NCBI GenBank assembly: GCA_044433365.1
Contig: JAWXTR010000001.1
Coordinates: 44,860-108,859 of the forward strand
Length of the DNA: 64,000 bases
DNA from: Rikenellaceae bacterium
GTDB taxonomy: Bacteria; Bacteroidota; Bacteroidia; Bacteroidales; Rikenellaceae
Reading direction: 5' to 3'
This document shows, piece after piece, positions 1 to 9,734 of this stretch (the stretch's first letter is position 1; every line of letters starts with the position of its first letter). A model generated the notes under the pieces. It was not told the origin of the DNA. It worked only from the letters and a program-made list of their open reading frames with translations, and ran no database searches. Made by a program: the position numbers and the translations under genes.

Positions 1-61
1 GGTTCAACACGACCTAAAATATGTTAAGAAGTTTCATGAGCAGTTAGAAGTAAACCTATAA
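1..61 (+). CDS. 3' end of an upstream gene (partial), possibly GDP-mannose 4,6-dehydratase
   Basis: Frame 2 is open from the window edge (..[19 protein letters not shown]) and stops 2 nt before the fcl ATG. gmd-fcl adjacency is common, but identity cannot be proven from 19 aa. Confidence 0.35.
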   Translation, partial: VQHDLKYVKKFHEQLEVNL

Positions 62-63
62 CG

Positions 64-990
64 ATGGAAAAAACAGCAAAAATATATGTTGCAGGTCATA
101 GAGGAATGGTAGGTAGTGCTATTGTTCGCAACCTGCAATTGAGAGGATACACAAATTTTGTGCTACGCACTCACAGTGAGCTTGATTTAACATCACAACA
201 GCAAGTTGCCGATTTTTTTGCCACTGAAAAGCCCGAATATGTCTTTTTGGCAGCGGCAAAAGTTGGTGGAATTGTGGCAAATAATAGCTATCCAGCTCAG
301 TTTTTCTATGAAAACTCTATGATTCAAAACAATGTTCTTCACGCCGCATATCTTAGTGGCGTAAAGAAACTTATGTTTCTTGGAAGCTCATGTATCTATC
401 CAAAATTGGCTACTCAACCAATGGCGGAAGATGCACTACTTACAGGATTGTTAGAGCCAACTAACGAGGCTTACGCCATAGCGAAAATTTCGGGAATTAA
501 GATGTGCGACTACTACCGTAATCAGTATGGTTGCGACTTTGTAAGCGTTATGCCTACCAATCTTTACGGTACGGGCGACAACTACGACCTTCAAAATTCG
601 CACGTACTTCCAGCTCTTCTACGTAAGTTTCATGAGGCAAAACAGACCGGTAGTGTGGTTGAGCTTTGGGGTAGTGGCTCTCCGTATAGAGAGTTTTTAC
701 ACGCCGATGATATGGCAGATGCCACAATTTTCTGTATGTTAAACTATTCAGATTATGGTCATGTAAATGTTGGTTCTCAATCAGAGCTTACAATCAAGGC
801 TCTCTCTGAGATGGTGGCTGAGGTTGTAGGTTTTAAGGGAGAGATAAAGTGGGATAGCACAAAACCAGATGGTACACCTCGAAAATTAATGGATTCTACA
901 AAACTCTACAATATGGGTTGGACTCCATCTATAAACCTTAGAGAGGGAATAGAGCGTACTTATAACGAATTTAAAGCAATCATAAAATAA
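64..990 (+). CDS. fcl: GDP-L-fucose synthase (GDP-4-keto-6-deoxymannose epimerase/reductase)
   Basis: 308 aa. N-terminal Rossmann motif [12 protein letters not shown] and SDR YxxxK (YAIAKISG). Full-length resemblance to the Fcl/WcaG family. TAATG overlap with the next gene. Confidence 0.9.
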   Translation: MEKTAKIYVAGHRGMVGSAIVRNLQLRGYTNFVLRTHSELDLTSQQQVADFFATEKPEYVFLAAAKVGGIVANNSYPAQFFYENSMIQNNVLHAAYLSGVKKLMFLGSSCIYPKLATQPMAEDALLTGLLEPTNEAYAIAKISGIKMCDYYRNQYGCDFVSVMPTNLYGTGDNYDLQNSHVLPALLRKFHEAKQTGSVVELWGSGSPYREFLHADDMADATIFCMLNYSDYGHVNVGSQSELTIKALSEMVAEVVGFKGEIKWDSTKPDGTPRKLMDSTKLYNMGWTPSINLREGIERTYNEFKAIIK

Positions 991-2321
991 TGCAAATTAT
1001 CCTACTTTCGGGAGGGTCGGGCAAACGCCTTTGGCCGCTTTCAAACGATACTCGTTCGAAACAGTTTCTAAAACTTCTGCAAGCACCCGATGGTTCGTAT
1101 GAGTCGATGGTGCAGCGTATCTTTCGACAAATTTCAGAATCTGATATTGAGCCATCGCTAACAATTGCAACAAGTGCATCGCAACACGACTCAATCATTA
1201 ATCAACTTGGTGATAGTGTTGATGTTGTAACAGAGCCAGAGCGTAGAGATACCTTTCCAGCCATTGCCCTATCATCTAGCTATCTTATTAAGACTAAGGG
1301 GTGTAGTGCAGATGAAGTTGTTGTTGTAATGCCAAGCGACTCTTATGTTGAGAGCGGCTATTTCGACACAATTTCGAAGATGGCAAAAGCTGTTGAAAAT
1401 GGTGAGGCTGATATGGTTTTGATGGGTATCAAACCTACCGAACCATCTACAAAATTTGGCTATATTGTTCCAAAAGGTGGAGGCAAAGATGTAGTAAAAG
1501 TCGATCGTTTTACCGAAAAACCTAATAAGCAGGTTGCAATCGAATTATTAGAGCAGAATGCTTGTTGGAATGGTGGTCTTTTTGCCTTTAAACTTGGGTA
1601 TATCGCTCAGATTATCGAACGATATATCAAAGCCGATAGTTTCGACGAAATTCGCTCTCGCTATAGTGAGTTTCCAAAGATTAGCTTCGATTATGAGGTC
1701 GTCGAAAATGCAAGTTCGATAGCAATGGTCTCGTATAGTGGTATTTGGAGCGATTTAGGTACTTGGAATGCTCTTTCAGAAAAGATTATAAACAACACTA
1801 TTGGTAATGCAGTGGTGGCTACATCCAAAAACACACATGTAGTTAATGAAATTGATATTCCGATTGTATGTTTAGGTGTAGAGGATTTGATTGTAACAGC
1901 TAGTCCAGATGGAATTTTGGTTAGTACAAAACAGGAGAGTGTAAATCTTAAAAGTTATGCCGATAAATTAACTGCACGCCCTATGTATGAGGAGCGTCGT
2001 TGGGGAAAATATCGTGTAATGGGGCAAGAGAGTTTTGAAGATGGTCATAAAGCTTTGACAAAGCTACTCTACCTTAATAAAGGGTGTAATATTAGCTATC
2101 AATATCACAACAATCGTGAAGAAATTTGGACTTTTGTCGATGGCGAGGGTATCCTTGTGCTAGATGGTGAGATAATCAATGTAAGTAGAGGCTATGTTGC
2201 TCATATTAAAGCAGGTCAAAAACATGCAGTACGTGCAATTACCGATTTGCAAATTATTGAGGTGCAATCTGGTACTGAGCTTGTTGAGGAGGATATTATT
2301 CGCCTTGATTGGCAGTGGTAG
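990..2321 (+). CDS. manC: mannose-1-phosphate guanylyltransferase-like sugar nucleotidyltransferase with C-terminal cupin
   Basis: 443 aa. N-terminal LSGGSGKRLWPLS nucleotidyltransferase motif, C-terminal cupin-like segment (YQYHNNREEIWTFVDGEG..KHAV). Translationally coupled to fcl. Confidence 0.8.
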   Translation: MQIILLSGGSGKRLWPLSNDTRSKQFLKLLQAPDGSYESMVQRIFRQISESDIEPSLTIATSASQHDSIINQLGDSVDVVTEPERRDTFPAIALSSSYLIKTKGCSADEVVVVMPSDSYVESGYFDTISKMAKAVENGEADMVLMGIKPTEPSTKFGYIVPKGGGKDVVKVDRFTEKPNKQVAIELLEQNACWNGGLFAFKLGYIAQIIERYIKADSFDEIRSRYSEFPKISFDYEVVENASSIAMVSYSGIWSDLGTWNALSEKIINNTIGNAVVATSKNTHVVNEIDIPIVCLGVEDLIVTASPDGILVSTKQESVNLKSYADKLTARPMYEERRWGKYRVMGQESFEDGHKALTKLLYLNKGCNISYQYHNNREEIWTFVDGEGILVLDGEIINVSRGYVAHIKAGQKHAVRAITDLQIIEVQSGTELVEEDIIRLDWQW

Positions 2322-2365
2322 ATAATTGATTTAGGGGAGTATTTTATTTCTCCCCTGAGTTATTT

Positions 2366-2530
2366 AAGTAGTGTAAAACAATTATTGCCATATTCTTAAT
2401 AGCACTCTTGGAGCGATATTTTTCACTATTAAATCTCAATATAGAACCACTATATTTTCGATTCAATAGCAAAAAATCTCATCTCCAATAGCACTTTTAA
2501 AAATACACCAATAATTATTTTACCCTACTT
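2366..2530 (-). mobile_element. TA-flanked 163-bp long-hairpin MITE (family TA-MITE165), full copy
   Basis: AGTAGTGTAAAACAATTATTGCC...GGTAAAATAATTATTGG-type termini, about 80-bp imperfect inverted arms, TA on both flanks. Strand given is the one on which arm mismatches become G-U. Confidence 0.85.
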
Positions 2531-2552
2531 AGACGATTTTTTAATCTAAAAA

Positions 2553-3272
2553 ATGAAAATAAACATAAGAATTTTTATACTTTCGTTTTGGATGCTGTTA
2601 TCGACATCAGTTGCATTTTCGCAATACTCTATGGGAAGTGTAGGGCTGCTAAATGCTCCTACAGCGCAGCTTAGTGGTGACGGAGTTGCATCAGCGGGGG
2701 TGAATTTTTTACCCGAGGTGATGTCGCCTGATGAGTGGGACTATAACAGTGCAAACTACTTCTTGAATATCACATTTTTACCATTTGTTGAGGTGGGACT
2801 AAAATACACGCTTATACATTTCGACAATGGGGTGTGGAACCAAGACCGTTCAGTATCGTTGAGGTTGAGAGCCTTAAAAGAGCGAAAATATCTACCTGCA
2901 ATTGCTATTGGTACCAACGATTTGCTCACTTTTAGAAATTTAAATACGCTAGATAAAGTAGATGGAAATAGATATTTTTCGGCTATCTATGCTGTGGCTA
3001 CAAAACATATCGATATAGCTGTGGGGCAATTTGGTGTGACCTTTGGGGGCTATGTGCCAGTAGATTCAAACCAATTTTTAAAAGGTCTGTTTGGTGGAGT
3101 ATCGTTTGAACCAAAATTCTACTCAGATTTAAAATTTTTGGTCGAGTACAACAACCGTGATATCAGCGCAGGAGCTGTAATAAAACTATTTAATAACTTT
3201 TCGTTGTACGCATTTGCATACGATATGAAAGCACTAGCAGGAGGGATACGTTATGAGATTGATTTATACTAA
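2553..3272 (+). CDS. secreted/outer-membrane hypothetical protein (possibly YjbH/DUF940-like)
   Basis: 239 aa. Signal peptide MKINIRIFILSFWMLLSTSVAFSQ, beta-rich with alternating aromatics. Family assignment is from memory only. Confidence 0.55.
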   Translation: MKINIRIFILSFWMLLSTSVAFSQYSMGSVGLLNAPTAQLSGDGVASAGVNFLPEVMSPDEWDYNSANYFLNITFLPFVEVGLKYTLIHFDNGVWNQDRSVSLRLRALKERKYLPAIAIGTNDLLTFRNLNTLDKVDGNRYFSAIYAVATKHIDIAVGQFGVTFGGYVPVDSNQFLKGLFGGVSFEPKFYSDLKFLVEYNNRDISAGAVIKLFNNFSLYAFAYDMKALAGGIRYEIDLY

Positions 3273-4512
3273 AAATGTTATAATATTGTTATCTCTCTTA
3301 CTTTTTGTGCCCCTTAGCGTAGTGGCACAAAACAGGGGTAGAGGTGTAGAAGTGTCGCATCAAAATATTTTAAGTGATAATAGCGATAGTGTAGATAGCG
3401 GAGTGGTAAAGCTATTGGTAGAGATGGGAATGGAGGACGTAAAGGCTATAACTAAAGGCGACAACACTTACATCTGCTATGAAGATAACATCTACAGAGG
3501 AAACTATCGAGGTATTGCTCAGACGGTAAAATCGCTACGAGAGATAGTTCCTACACAAACCATAAATTTACTGCTTCTTAGCGATGGTATAGCTCAAATA
3601 TCGATAGTTGTACCCGAAAATTTCGAGCAGTTAGAGGTGAGCTATTCTACAACCAAAATTGCTGAGCAGTTAAAAGGCAAAGAGAGCCATAATAGGCGAT
3701 TTGGTAAGACAGATATTGTGCTCTATCCCGAACTTTTCTTGGAAAATTCGTGGCTAGATAGATTGTATGGCTATGCTGTAAATTTATCGCCAGCTGTTGA
3801 GGTGAGCCTCTGGAAAGGTGCCGAATTTACAGGACAAGTAGTCCTACCTTTAAAGACCAATATGGTAGATGAGCACCAATATATCCGACCTGGGTTTATA
3901 ACCTTACGACAGTCGTTTCGACTCCCTAAAAACATTATGGGTGATATTACGGTGGGTAATTTCGACACTAATAGAGCAGGGTTAAATCTAAATTTATGCT
4001 ATTATAGCCTTAATAATCGACTTTCATTTGGAGTAAATGGAGCATTGACAGGTTCGTCTACTTTTAATAAAGGTGAGTGGACGCTAAGCCAATGGCGACG
4101 ATTTTCTGGCTCTTTTTGGGGTGGTTACTACATTCCACGATACAATATGGAGACTAAAATTAGCGTAGGGCGCATGATTTATGGTGATAGTGGAGTTAGA
4201 GTCGATATGGCACGCCATTTTGGAGAGGTTGCAGTAGGGCTTTATGCTCACTATTATGGAGGTGACCCAAATGGTGGATTCTCTTTTACTGTTCCTATGC
4301 CGAGCAAACGTCGATGGGCACGTAAACCAATAAGAGTGACAATTCCAGAGGAATTTTCGAGGGTGTATAGGGCGCAAAGTAGTAGAGATTTATTACTAGG
4401 ATATAGCTTTACAACCCGACCTGATGAGAGTTGGAATCTAAACTTTTATAATCCTATTTATATTCGTAATAGGGTTGTTGGTTTGTTAAGGGAACTTCTA
4501 AAAATCGAATAA
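3253..4512 (+). CDS. secreted/outer-membrane hypothetical protein (possibly YjbH-like), operonic with 2553..3272
   Basis: 419 aa. Signal peptide and beta-rich C-terminal half. 20-nt overlap with the upstream ORF. The last codons run into a GGGAAC element. Confidence 0.55.
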   Translation: MRLIYTKNVIILLSLLLFVPLSVVAQNRGRGVEVSHQNILSDNSDSVDSGVVKLLVEMGMEDVKAITKGDNTYICYEDNIYRGNYRGIAQTVKSLREIVPTQTINLLLLSDGIAQISIVVPENFEQLEVSYSTTKIAEQLKGKESHNRRFGKTDIVLYPELFLENSWLDRLYGYAVNLSPAVEVSLWKGAEFTGQVVLPLKTNMVDEHQYIRPGFITLRQSFRLPKNIMGDITVGNFDTNRAGLNLNLCYYSLNNRLSFGVNGALTGSSTFNKGEWTLSQWRRFSGSFWGGYYIPRYNMETKISVGRMIYGDSGVRVDMARHFGEVAVGLYAHYYGGDPNGGFSFTVPMPSKRRWARKPIRVTIPEEFSRVYRAQSSRDLLLGYSFTTRPDESWNLNFYNPIYIRNRVVGLLRELLKIE

Positions 4513-4545
4513 AACCAATTATTAGAACTCCCCTTAAGGGGAGTT
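4490..4545 (+). mobile_element. GGGAAC-type mini palindromic element (short form) plus adjacent AACTCCCC/GGGGAGTT hairpin
   Basis: GGGAACTTCTAAAAATCGAATAAAACCAATTATTAGAACTCCCC flanked by TTAA on both sides. AACTCCCC-TTAA-GGGGAGTT hairpin at 4526-4545. Confidence 0.8.
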
Positions 4546-4575
4546 GTAAATTTTTTAACATTTATTCGCACAAAT

Positions 4576-4905
4576 AAGTAGGGTAAAATAATTATTGGTG
4601 TATTTTTAAAAGTGCTATTGGAGATGAGATTTTTTGCTATTGAATCGAAAATATAAGTAGTGTAAAATAATTATTGGTGTGTTTTTAATAGTGCTATTGG
4701 AAATGAGATTTTTTGCTATTGAATTGAAAATATAGTGGTTCTACATTGAAATTTAATAGTGAAAAATATCGCTCCAAAAGTGCTGTTAAAAATATGGCAA
4801 TAATTGTTTTACACTACTTAGTGGTTCTATATTGAGATTTAATAGTGAAAAATATCGCTCCAAGAGTGCTATTAAGAATATGGCAATAATTGTTTTACAC
4901 TACTT
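4576..4905 (+). mobile_element. nested TA-MITE165: full copy inserted in the apex TA of another copy
   Basis: Order is arm X, TA, complete element, TA, loop GTGGTTC, arm Y. An uninterrupted apex reads AAAATA-TA-GTGGTTC in other copies. Confidence 0.8.
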
Positions 4906-4963
4906 AATAGGGAAGCAGAGCAGAATTCCCAAATAATATTCAAGGAATTTTAAAAATAGGTGC

Positions 4964-5007
4964 GGTAACTTCTAAAATCTCTTAAAATCCAGAATTTAGA
5001 ACTCCCC
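4964..5007. repeat. GGGAAC-family variant (..CTTCTAAAATCTCTTAAAATCCAGAATTTAGAACTCCCC)
   Basis: Shares the TTAGAACTCCCC terminus and the AAATCTCT.AAAATCCAGAA core seen at 20318, 26737, 32233, 47922 and 58460. Confidence 0.6.
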
Positions 5008-5046
5008 ATCATTTTAATCTTCCTTTAATTTAAAATTAAACAAACA

Positions 5047-6288
5047 ATGAAAAGAAAAAATCTATTTGTATCTCTAGCTCTAGCAGCAGTGAGTATGATG
5101 GCAATTGTGTCGAGCTGTACGAAGGATGAGGTAACGCTTGTTCCAGAGGATGTTCAGGATGTAATTGCAAAGGAGTATTACATTGAGGGAAATGTAACCA
5201 CAAAGGATACTCCAATTGAGGGTGTAGAGGTGAGTATAGCGACCACTTCAAACAGCACAACCACCGATAAGGATGGTAACTACAAATTAATTGTAGAGTC
5301 GGCAGCAACACAAACTATTTCGTTGTCAAAAGATGGCTACATCTCTTTAGAGACTAAAGCTGTTTTTGCTGATGATGCAAAAGTTGGTACAACAGTAATG
5401 TTGTCTTCGGTTTTGACCGCTGCAAACGAAAAAGTGTCAGTTGCTGAGGGTGAAACTGTTTCAGTAAATGATGGTAATAGTGATGATGAGGTTGTAAAAG
5501 CCATAATTGAAGTTCCTACAGGTGCATTTGCCGATTTAGAAGAGTCGAGTGATGGCGTTTTAGATATTGCTATTACCTACTTTACTCCTTCGTCAATTTC
5601 AGATGCCTTAGAAGCGGAGGGCGAAATTCAATCATCAACTTCGCTTTTTGCAATCAACTGTGAGCCTACAGGTGTTGTATTTAGCGAGCCTTTAGAGGTG
5701 ATAGTTCCTCTATCTACAACAGATGGTTATTTTGCCGATGTAAAACACCTTAAACAATCTGTTTCAGGTGGTGCATGGGAAGAGGTTGCTGATGCACAGG
5801 TGAGTGGTGATGGTTATAAATTCCAGTTAGATGGTTTTTCAAACCACACTATAGCACCAGAGACTACAACAACTGTAACAAGCTCTGTAATAACAATAGC
5901 AAGCGAAGTATTCGACAATATTAATAGCAGTACAGCTGTTACAGAGAGCTTCGCTTACAGTGCAAACCAGGGATGTGAGGTTGCATCAATAGCGTCAGAG
6001 GAGGGTTCGCTAAAGAGCCAGTTAGAAGAGATGTCGCTAGTAGAGTTAGGTGCAAACACTGCATCTGCTACCTCAAAAGAGCTTTCAACAACAATTAATG
6101 TTGCAGGTGATACAAAGGTGACAGCGACAGCTACACAAACTGTTAAAACATATAAATTTTCAGCGAAAGTTTATCAAAACGGTTCTTCTACAGCTCAAAC
6201 AATCTCAACCGAAATAACCTATTATGGTAGTGTTTCGATTGATATTGAAACTGAGCAGGGAGATATGCGTCCTGATCATAATATGTAG
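5047..6288 (+). CDS. surface lipoprotein with carboxypeptidase-regulatory-like (CarbopepD_reg) domain
   Basis: 413 aa. Lipobox ..AIVSSC, then GNVTTKDTPIEGVEVSI..TTDKDGNYKL typical of the CarboxypepD_reg fold. Ser/Thr-rich remainder. Confidence 0.7.
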   Translation: MKRKNLFVSLALAAVSMMAIVSSCTKDEVTLVPEDVQDVIAKEYYIEGNVTTKDTPIEGVEVSIATTSNSTTTDKDGNYKLIVESAATQTISLSKDGYISLETKAVFADDAKVGTTVMLSSVLTAANEKVSVAEGETVSVNDGNSDDEVVKAIIEVPTGAFADLEESSDGVLDIAITYFTPSSISDALEAEGEIQSSTSLFAINCEPTGVVFSEPLEVIVPLSTTDGYFADVKHLKQSVSGGAWEEVADAQVSGDGYKFQLDGFSNHTIAPETTTTVTSSVITIASEVFDNINSSTAVTESFAYSANQGCEVASIASEEGSLKSQLEEMSLVELGANTASATSKELSTTINVAGDTKVTATATQTVKTYKFSAKVYQNGSSTAQTISTEITYYGSVSIDIETEQGDMRPDHNM

Positions 6289-6289
6289 A

Positions 6290-6333
6290 GGGAACTTCTA
6301 AAAATCGAATAAAACCAATTATTAGAACTCCCC
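6290..6333 (+). mobile_element. GGGAAC-type mini palindromic element (short form)
   Basis: Near-identical 44-bp copy starting immediately after the stop codon of 5047..6288. Confidence 0.8.
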
Positions 6334-6385
6334 TATAATTATTCGGTAAATTATTTAGGGATTTGCTCTGTTTCTACTTTGTAAT

Positions 6386-6430
6386 TTAGGCGTATTTGTA
6401 AATTTTATTTTACAGATACGCCTAATTTTT
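6386..6430 (+). terminator. hairpin plus T-run between convergent genes
   Basis: TTAGGCGTATTTGTAAA / TTTACAGATACGCCTAA (17 bp, one U-G on the plus strand), 6-nt loop, followed by TTTTT. Confidence 0.6.
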
Positions 6431-6479
6431 AGAACTTTCCTACCTAGTGAAATTTGAAAGCTCCCTTTTGTGAATGACC

Positions 6480-7769
6480 CTACCTAAATAGCAGTAAAAA
6501 TGCAACTTTGTCTGCTCTGTTGACCGACAAAGAAAGCGAACCTCCATGCAGCTGCATTATACGTTTAGAGATGCTAAGCCCAACGCCTTTACCCCCTTTG
6601 CGTGTGGTGAAAAATGGTGTAAATAGATTATCTACCACCTCTGGAGTTATTTGTGGTCCATTATTACTCACCTCTACCACAATATTTTCGTCCTCTAATA
6701 TCAAAACTTTTACATCTATTCTCTTTTGGATGTTGTTCTCCACCGCTTGTACTGCATTTTTTAGCAAATTTACCACCACTTGCAATACTTGGTTTTCGTC
6801 AGCAAATATCATAGTATCCTCTGGCTCAACATTGAGCGAATACTCTATATCGTTAGGGCAAATCAAACCTAGAAGATTTTCTAAAAGTGGTTTTATCTCA
6901 AATGGATGTTTTTCAGGTTTTTGGATTGTTGTGAAGCTGCGATAATTCTCTACAAACGACACCAAACTCTTATTTGTCTGTACAATTGTCTCCAAACCTT
7001 GCTGCATCTCACTGTTTGTGTTTAGCGTAAGAAGAGTTTGACTAAGCGATGTGACAGGCGATAGAGAGTTCATAATTTCGTGGGTTAATATTCGTGTTAG
7101 TTTGCTCCACGTCTCTATCTCTTTGCGGTCGAGTGCATTTTTCAGACTACTTATAGCTACAATTTTCAGCTCTTTACCGTTTAATAGAGCACGTGATGCC
7201 ATAATCGAATAGCTTTTTTCGCCCGAAGGCGACGAGATTGTCACCTCACGAGTATCACCATCCGACGATGAAAGAATTGCATCTGATAGCGTTTTAGAAA
7301 TGCGTTCAATATGGTTTATATGACCTAAAATATCCACCTCCAACATCTCATACATTGCTCTATTTGCTTGAAAAATATTGCCTTTGTCGTTGATAATCAC
7401 AATAGCGGTATTAAGTTTGTCGAAAATATATTCATAATATTTTTCCTGCTCAATAGTTCGTAGTTTGGCATCGGTAAGAAGTCTGCGTATGCGGTTTAAG
7501 AGGGCATTAAAGGCTAATTTGTCTACATTTTGTTGAGATTCTGAAAAGCTGAAATTATAGTCGTCGCACTGAAGAGCATTAAACATAAAATCAATCTTTT
7601 TATGGGAGCTTTTACAAATAGTTACGACCCTAATAAATTGAAATACCGCAATGATTGCAAAAGGTATAGCAAATAGATAAAAATCACTAACAAGCAGCAG
7701 TGTAGTAGCCACAAGCGACAGACATAGCACCGAAAGAGCTATAATAATATTTTCCAAAAGATTCCTCAT
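6480..7769 (-). CDS. sensor histidine kinase (NtrB/ZraS-like)
   Basis: Two N-terminal TM helices, PAS-like segment, H-box LTHEIMNSLSPV, N box LLKNAVQA, G box GKGVGLS. Start taken at MRNLLEN; the track's MHYELYI extension lies in the heptamer array. Confidence 0.85.
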   Translation of the reverse strand: MRNLLENIIIALSVLCLSLVATTLLLVSDFYLFAIPFAIIAVFQFIRVVTICKSSHKKIDFMFNALQCDDYNFSFSESQQNVDKLAFNALLNRIRRLLTDAKLRTIEQEKYYEYIFDKLNTAIVIINDKGNIFQANRAMYEMLEVDILGHINHIERISKTLSDAILSSSDGDTREVTISSPSGEKSYSIMASRALLNGKELKIVAISSLKNALDRKEIETWSKLTRILTHEIMNSLSPVTSLSQTLLTLNTNSEMQQGLETIVQTNKSLVSFVENYRSFTTIQKPEKHPFEIKPLLENLLGLICPNDIEYSLNVEPEDTMIFADENQVLQVVVNLLKNAVQAVENNIQKRIDVKVLILEDENIVVEVSNNGPQITPEVVDNLFTPFFTTRKGGKGVGLSISKRIMQLHGGSLSLSVNRADKVAFLLLFR

Positions 7770-7773
7770 TATA

Positions 7774-7836
7774 TATAATTCATAATGCATAATTCATAAT
7801 GCATAATTCATAATTTATAATTTATAATTTATAATT
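7774..7836 (-). repeat. heptanucleotide satellite array (reads CATAATK/TATAATT on plus)
   Basis: About 9 tandem 7-nt units filling the response-regulator/kinase spacer. Confidence 0.95.
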
Positions 7837-7838
7837 AA

Positions 7839-9185
7839 CTAAAGCTTATACTTCTTAATCTTATTATAAAGCGTCTGACGAGTAATAGCAAGCTCACTAG
7901 CCACAGCCGACATATTCCCCTCATTGCGAATTATTGCTGCTTCGATGGTTTGTCGCTCTATATTTTCTAGGGTGTCGATAGGTGTGCTGTTTTTTGAGGT
8001 TGCAGTTGCTAAATTTGTACTTTTTAGCAGTAAATCGCCCTGTTTTATAGTGTCGCTATCGCAAAGTATTACAGCTTTTTCAATAGTATGTTGCAATTCA
8101 CGTATATTTCCAGCCCAACTATGAGATATTAGAGCCTCAGTAGCATTTGGAGTAAATCCCTCAATCTGTTTCTGATATTTTGTCTTGTACATATCTAAAA
8201 AACGTTCGGCAAGAGGTAAAATATCCTCTTTTCGCTCTCTAAGAGCAGCTATTTTTGTCTGTATAGTGTTAATTCTATAGAATAAATCCTCACGAAACTT
8301 TCCATCTGCTACCATCTCTTCCAAATCTCTGTTTGTGGCGCAAATTAATCTTACATCTATATCTGTCGGGCTATTGCTACCCACTTTTACCACCTTTTTA
8401 CTCTGTAAAACAGTCAGTAATTTGGCTTGTAGATGGTATGGAAGATTGGCTATTTCATCTAAAAATATGGTGCCACCATTTGCAGCTTCAAACTTGCCAG
8501 CTCTATCGCATGTAGCCCCTGTAAACGACCCTTTTGTGTGTCCAAATAGTTCGCTTTCAAACAGAGTCTCGGCTATTGCTCCCATATCTACCGTAATAAG
8601 CGGCATTTTCGCTCTATTTGAATTTGAGTGTATCTCTTTTGCTAATACCTCCTTGCCTGTGCCATTTTCACCTGTTATAAGTATGTTTACATCGGTTACA
8701 GCCACTTTTTCGATGGTCTCTTTTAGTTGGCGCATTGCTTGGGAGTTACCCCAATACATTGGGCTTTTAGATTGCGACGACGTTGCCTTTTTCTCCCCTT
8801 TTTTAGATATTGCAGCCTTTGTAAGGGTGTCGATTAGTTTCGCATTATCCCAAGGTTTAACCACAAAATCGGCTGCACCACGTTTAATAGCCTCTACTGC
8901 CAATTCTATATCGGCATAGGCGGTAAAAACCACTACTGGCAGCGATTTGTCGATTTTTTTTATCTCCTCCAACCAATACAAGCCCTCATTGCCGCTATTT
9001 ATCGAGGCGGTGAAGTTCATATCCAAAAGTACCAAACTTACCTCCTCTTTGCGAAGCGTTGTGGCTATACTATTTGGTGTAGCAGTAACGATAATCTTCT
9101 CAAAGTGTGGCGACATCAAAAGTTTTACAGCCGAGAGTATCGACTTATTATCGTCTACAATTAAAAGTGTGCCTTTTGGTTTCAT
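7839..9185 (-). CDS. sigma-54-dependent response regulator (NtrC family)
   Basis: REC domain, AAA+ Walker A GENGTGKE, GSFTGA (GAFTGA-type sigma-54 contact loop), C-terminal HTH (ITRQTLYNKIKKY). Confidence 0.9.
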   Translation of the reverse strand: MKPKGTLLIVDDNKSILSAVKLLMSPHFEKIIVTATPNSIATTLRKEEVSLVLLDMNFTASINSGNEGLYWLEEIKKIDKSLPVVVFTAYADIELAVEAIKRGAADFVVKPWDNAKLIDTLTKAAISKKGEKKATSSQSKSPMYWGNSQAMRQLKETIEKVAVTDVNILITGENGTGKEVLAKEIHSNSNRAKMPLITVDMGAIAETLFESELFGHTKGSFTGATCDRAGKFEAANGGTIFLDEIANLPYHLQAKLLTVLQSKKVVKVGSNSPTDIDVRLICATNRDLEEMVADGKFREDLFYRINTIQTKIAALRERKEDILPLAERFLDMYKTKYQKQIEGFTPNATEALISHSWAGNIRELQHTIEKAVILCDSDTIKQGDLLLKSTNLATATSKNSTPIDTLENIERQTIEAAIIRNEGNMSAVASELAITRQTLYNKIKKYKL

Positions 9186-9214
9186 CTCTCTATTTTAGTT
9201 TTTTTGCATTAAAT

Positions 9215-9553
9215 TTAGCTTGCTACGCTTGCCATCCATAACTTAAATGGCTCTGCTTTGGGCGACGGTACTGATTGAATTAATCGAAAAAGTTGCTCTG
9301 TGTCAGCTACATCGGTTAAATATTTTTTACCATCACTAGAACGCATTTTGAGTTGTCCTATATTTTCGGACAACTCACTACCTTCAGTTTGTAACTTCTT
9401 TTTTAAATCGCTCCAATACTTACGTGGACGTGGACTATCAGTTAAAATCTCAATTACATCAATAATAGAAAAAAACCACTTCTCCTGCTCATCATCCCAA
9501 AGAGTACGCACTTTACGCTCCTCAAATATTTGAATTTTATTTTGTGTTGTCAT
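9215..9553 (-). CDS. Bro-N/DinD-like domain protein, apparently C-terminally truncated
   Basis: 112 aa. WFFSIIDVIEILTDS..PRKYW..LFRLIQSVPSPKAEPFKLWMA matches my memory of Bro-N domain proteins, which normally continue well past this point. Confidence 0.55.
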   Translation of the reverse strand: MTTQNKIQIFEERKVRTLWDDEQEKWFFSIIDVIEILTDSPRPRKYWSDLKKKLQTEGSELSENIGQLKMRSSDGKKYLTDVADTEQLFRLIQSVPSPKAEPFKLWMASVAS

Positions 9554-9601
9554 AGTAGTATAAAAAATTTAAACAAAGTTAAAAATTATATCCAAAAAAG
9601 A

Positions 9602-9634
9602 AAATTATGAATTATACATTATAAATTATGAATT
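9602..9634 (+). repeat. heptanucleotide satellite array (AATTATG orientation)
   Basis: AAATTATGAATTATACATTATAAATTATGAATT. Confidence 0.9.
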
Positions 9635-9637
9635 AAT

Positions 9638-9687
9638 AAAAAGTGTCTAATTTCTTTACACTACTGTCAAAAAATTAGACACTTTTA
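9638..9687. promoter_or_regulatory. perfect 15-bp inverted repeat, candidate enhancer (UAS) for the NtrC-type regulator
   Basis: AAAAAGTGTCTAATT ..19 nt.. AATTAGACACTTTTT, centred about 75 bp upstream of the -24/-12 element. No gene ends here, so a terminator role is unlikely. Confidence 0.35.
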
Positions 9688-9734
9688 AATTTTACAGATT
9701 TTTCAATACTTTGATAATTAATGTGTTGCAAGTT

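Noticed and set aside
7774-7836. Fur-box resemblance of CATAAT-containing arrays (compare GATAATGATAATCATTATC)
   Set aside because: The arrays flank housekeeping genes of unrelated function (recQ, rsmA, lptB, PBP1A) and have strict 7-nt periodicity rather than a 19-bp palindrome. A regulon-wide iron box is implausible, though protein binding in general is not excluded.
8335-8919. Long antisense ORFs opposite well-supported genes (e.g. 8335..8919, 6508..6945, 20392..20796, 21229..21537, 50264..50656, 55433..55756, 62527..62919, 30599..31066)
   Set aside because: These are shadow ORFs on the opposite strand of genes with clear family motifs. They have low-complexity or odd composition and no recognisable motifs.
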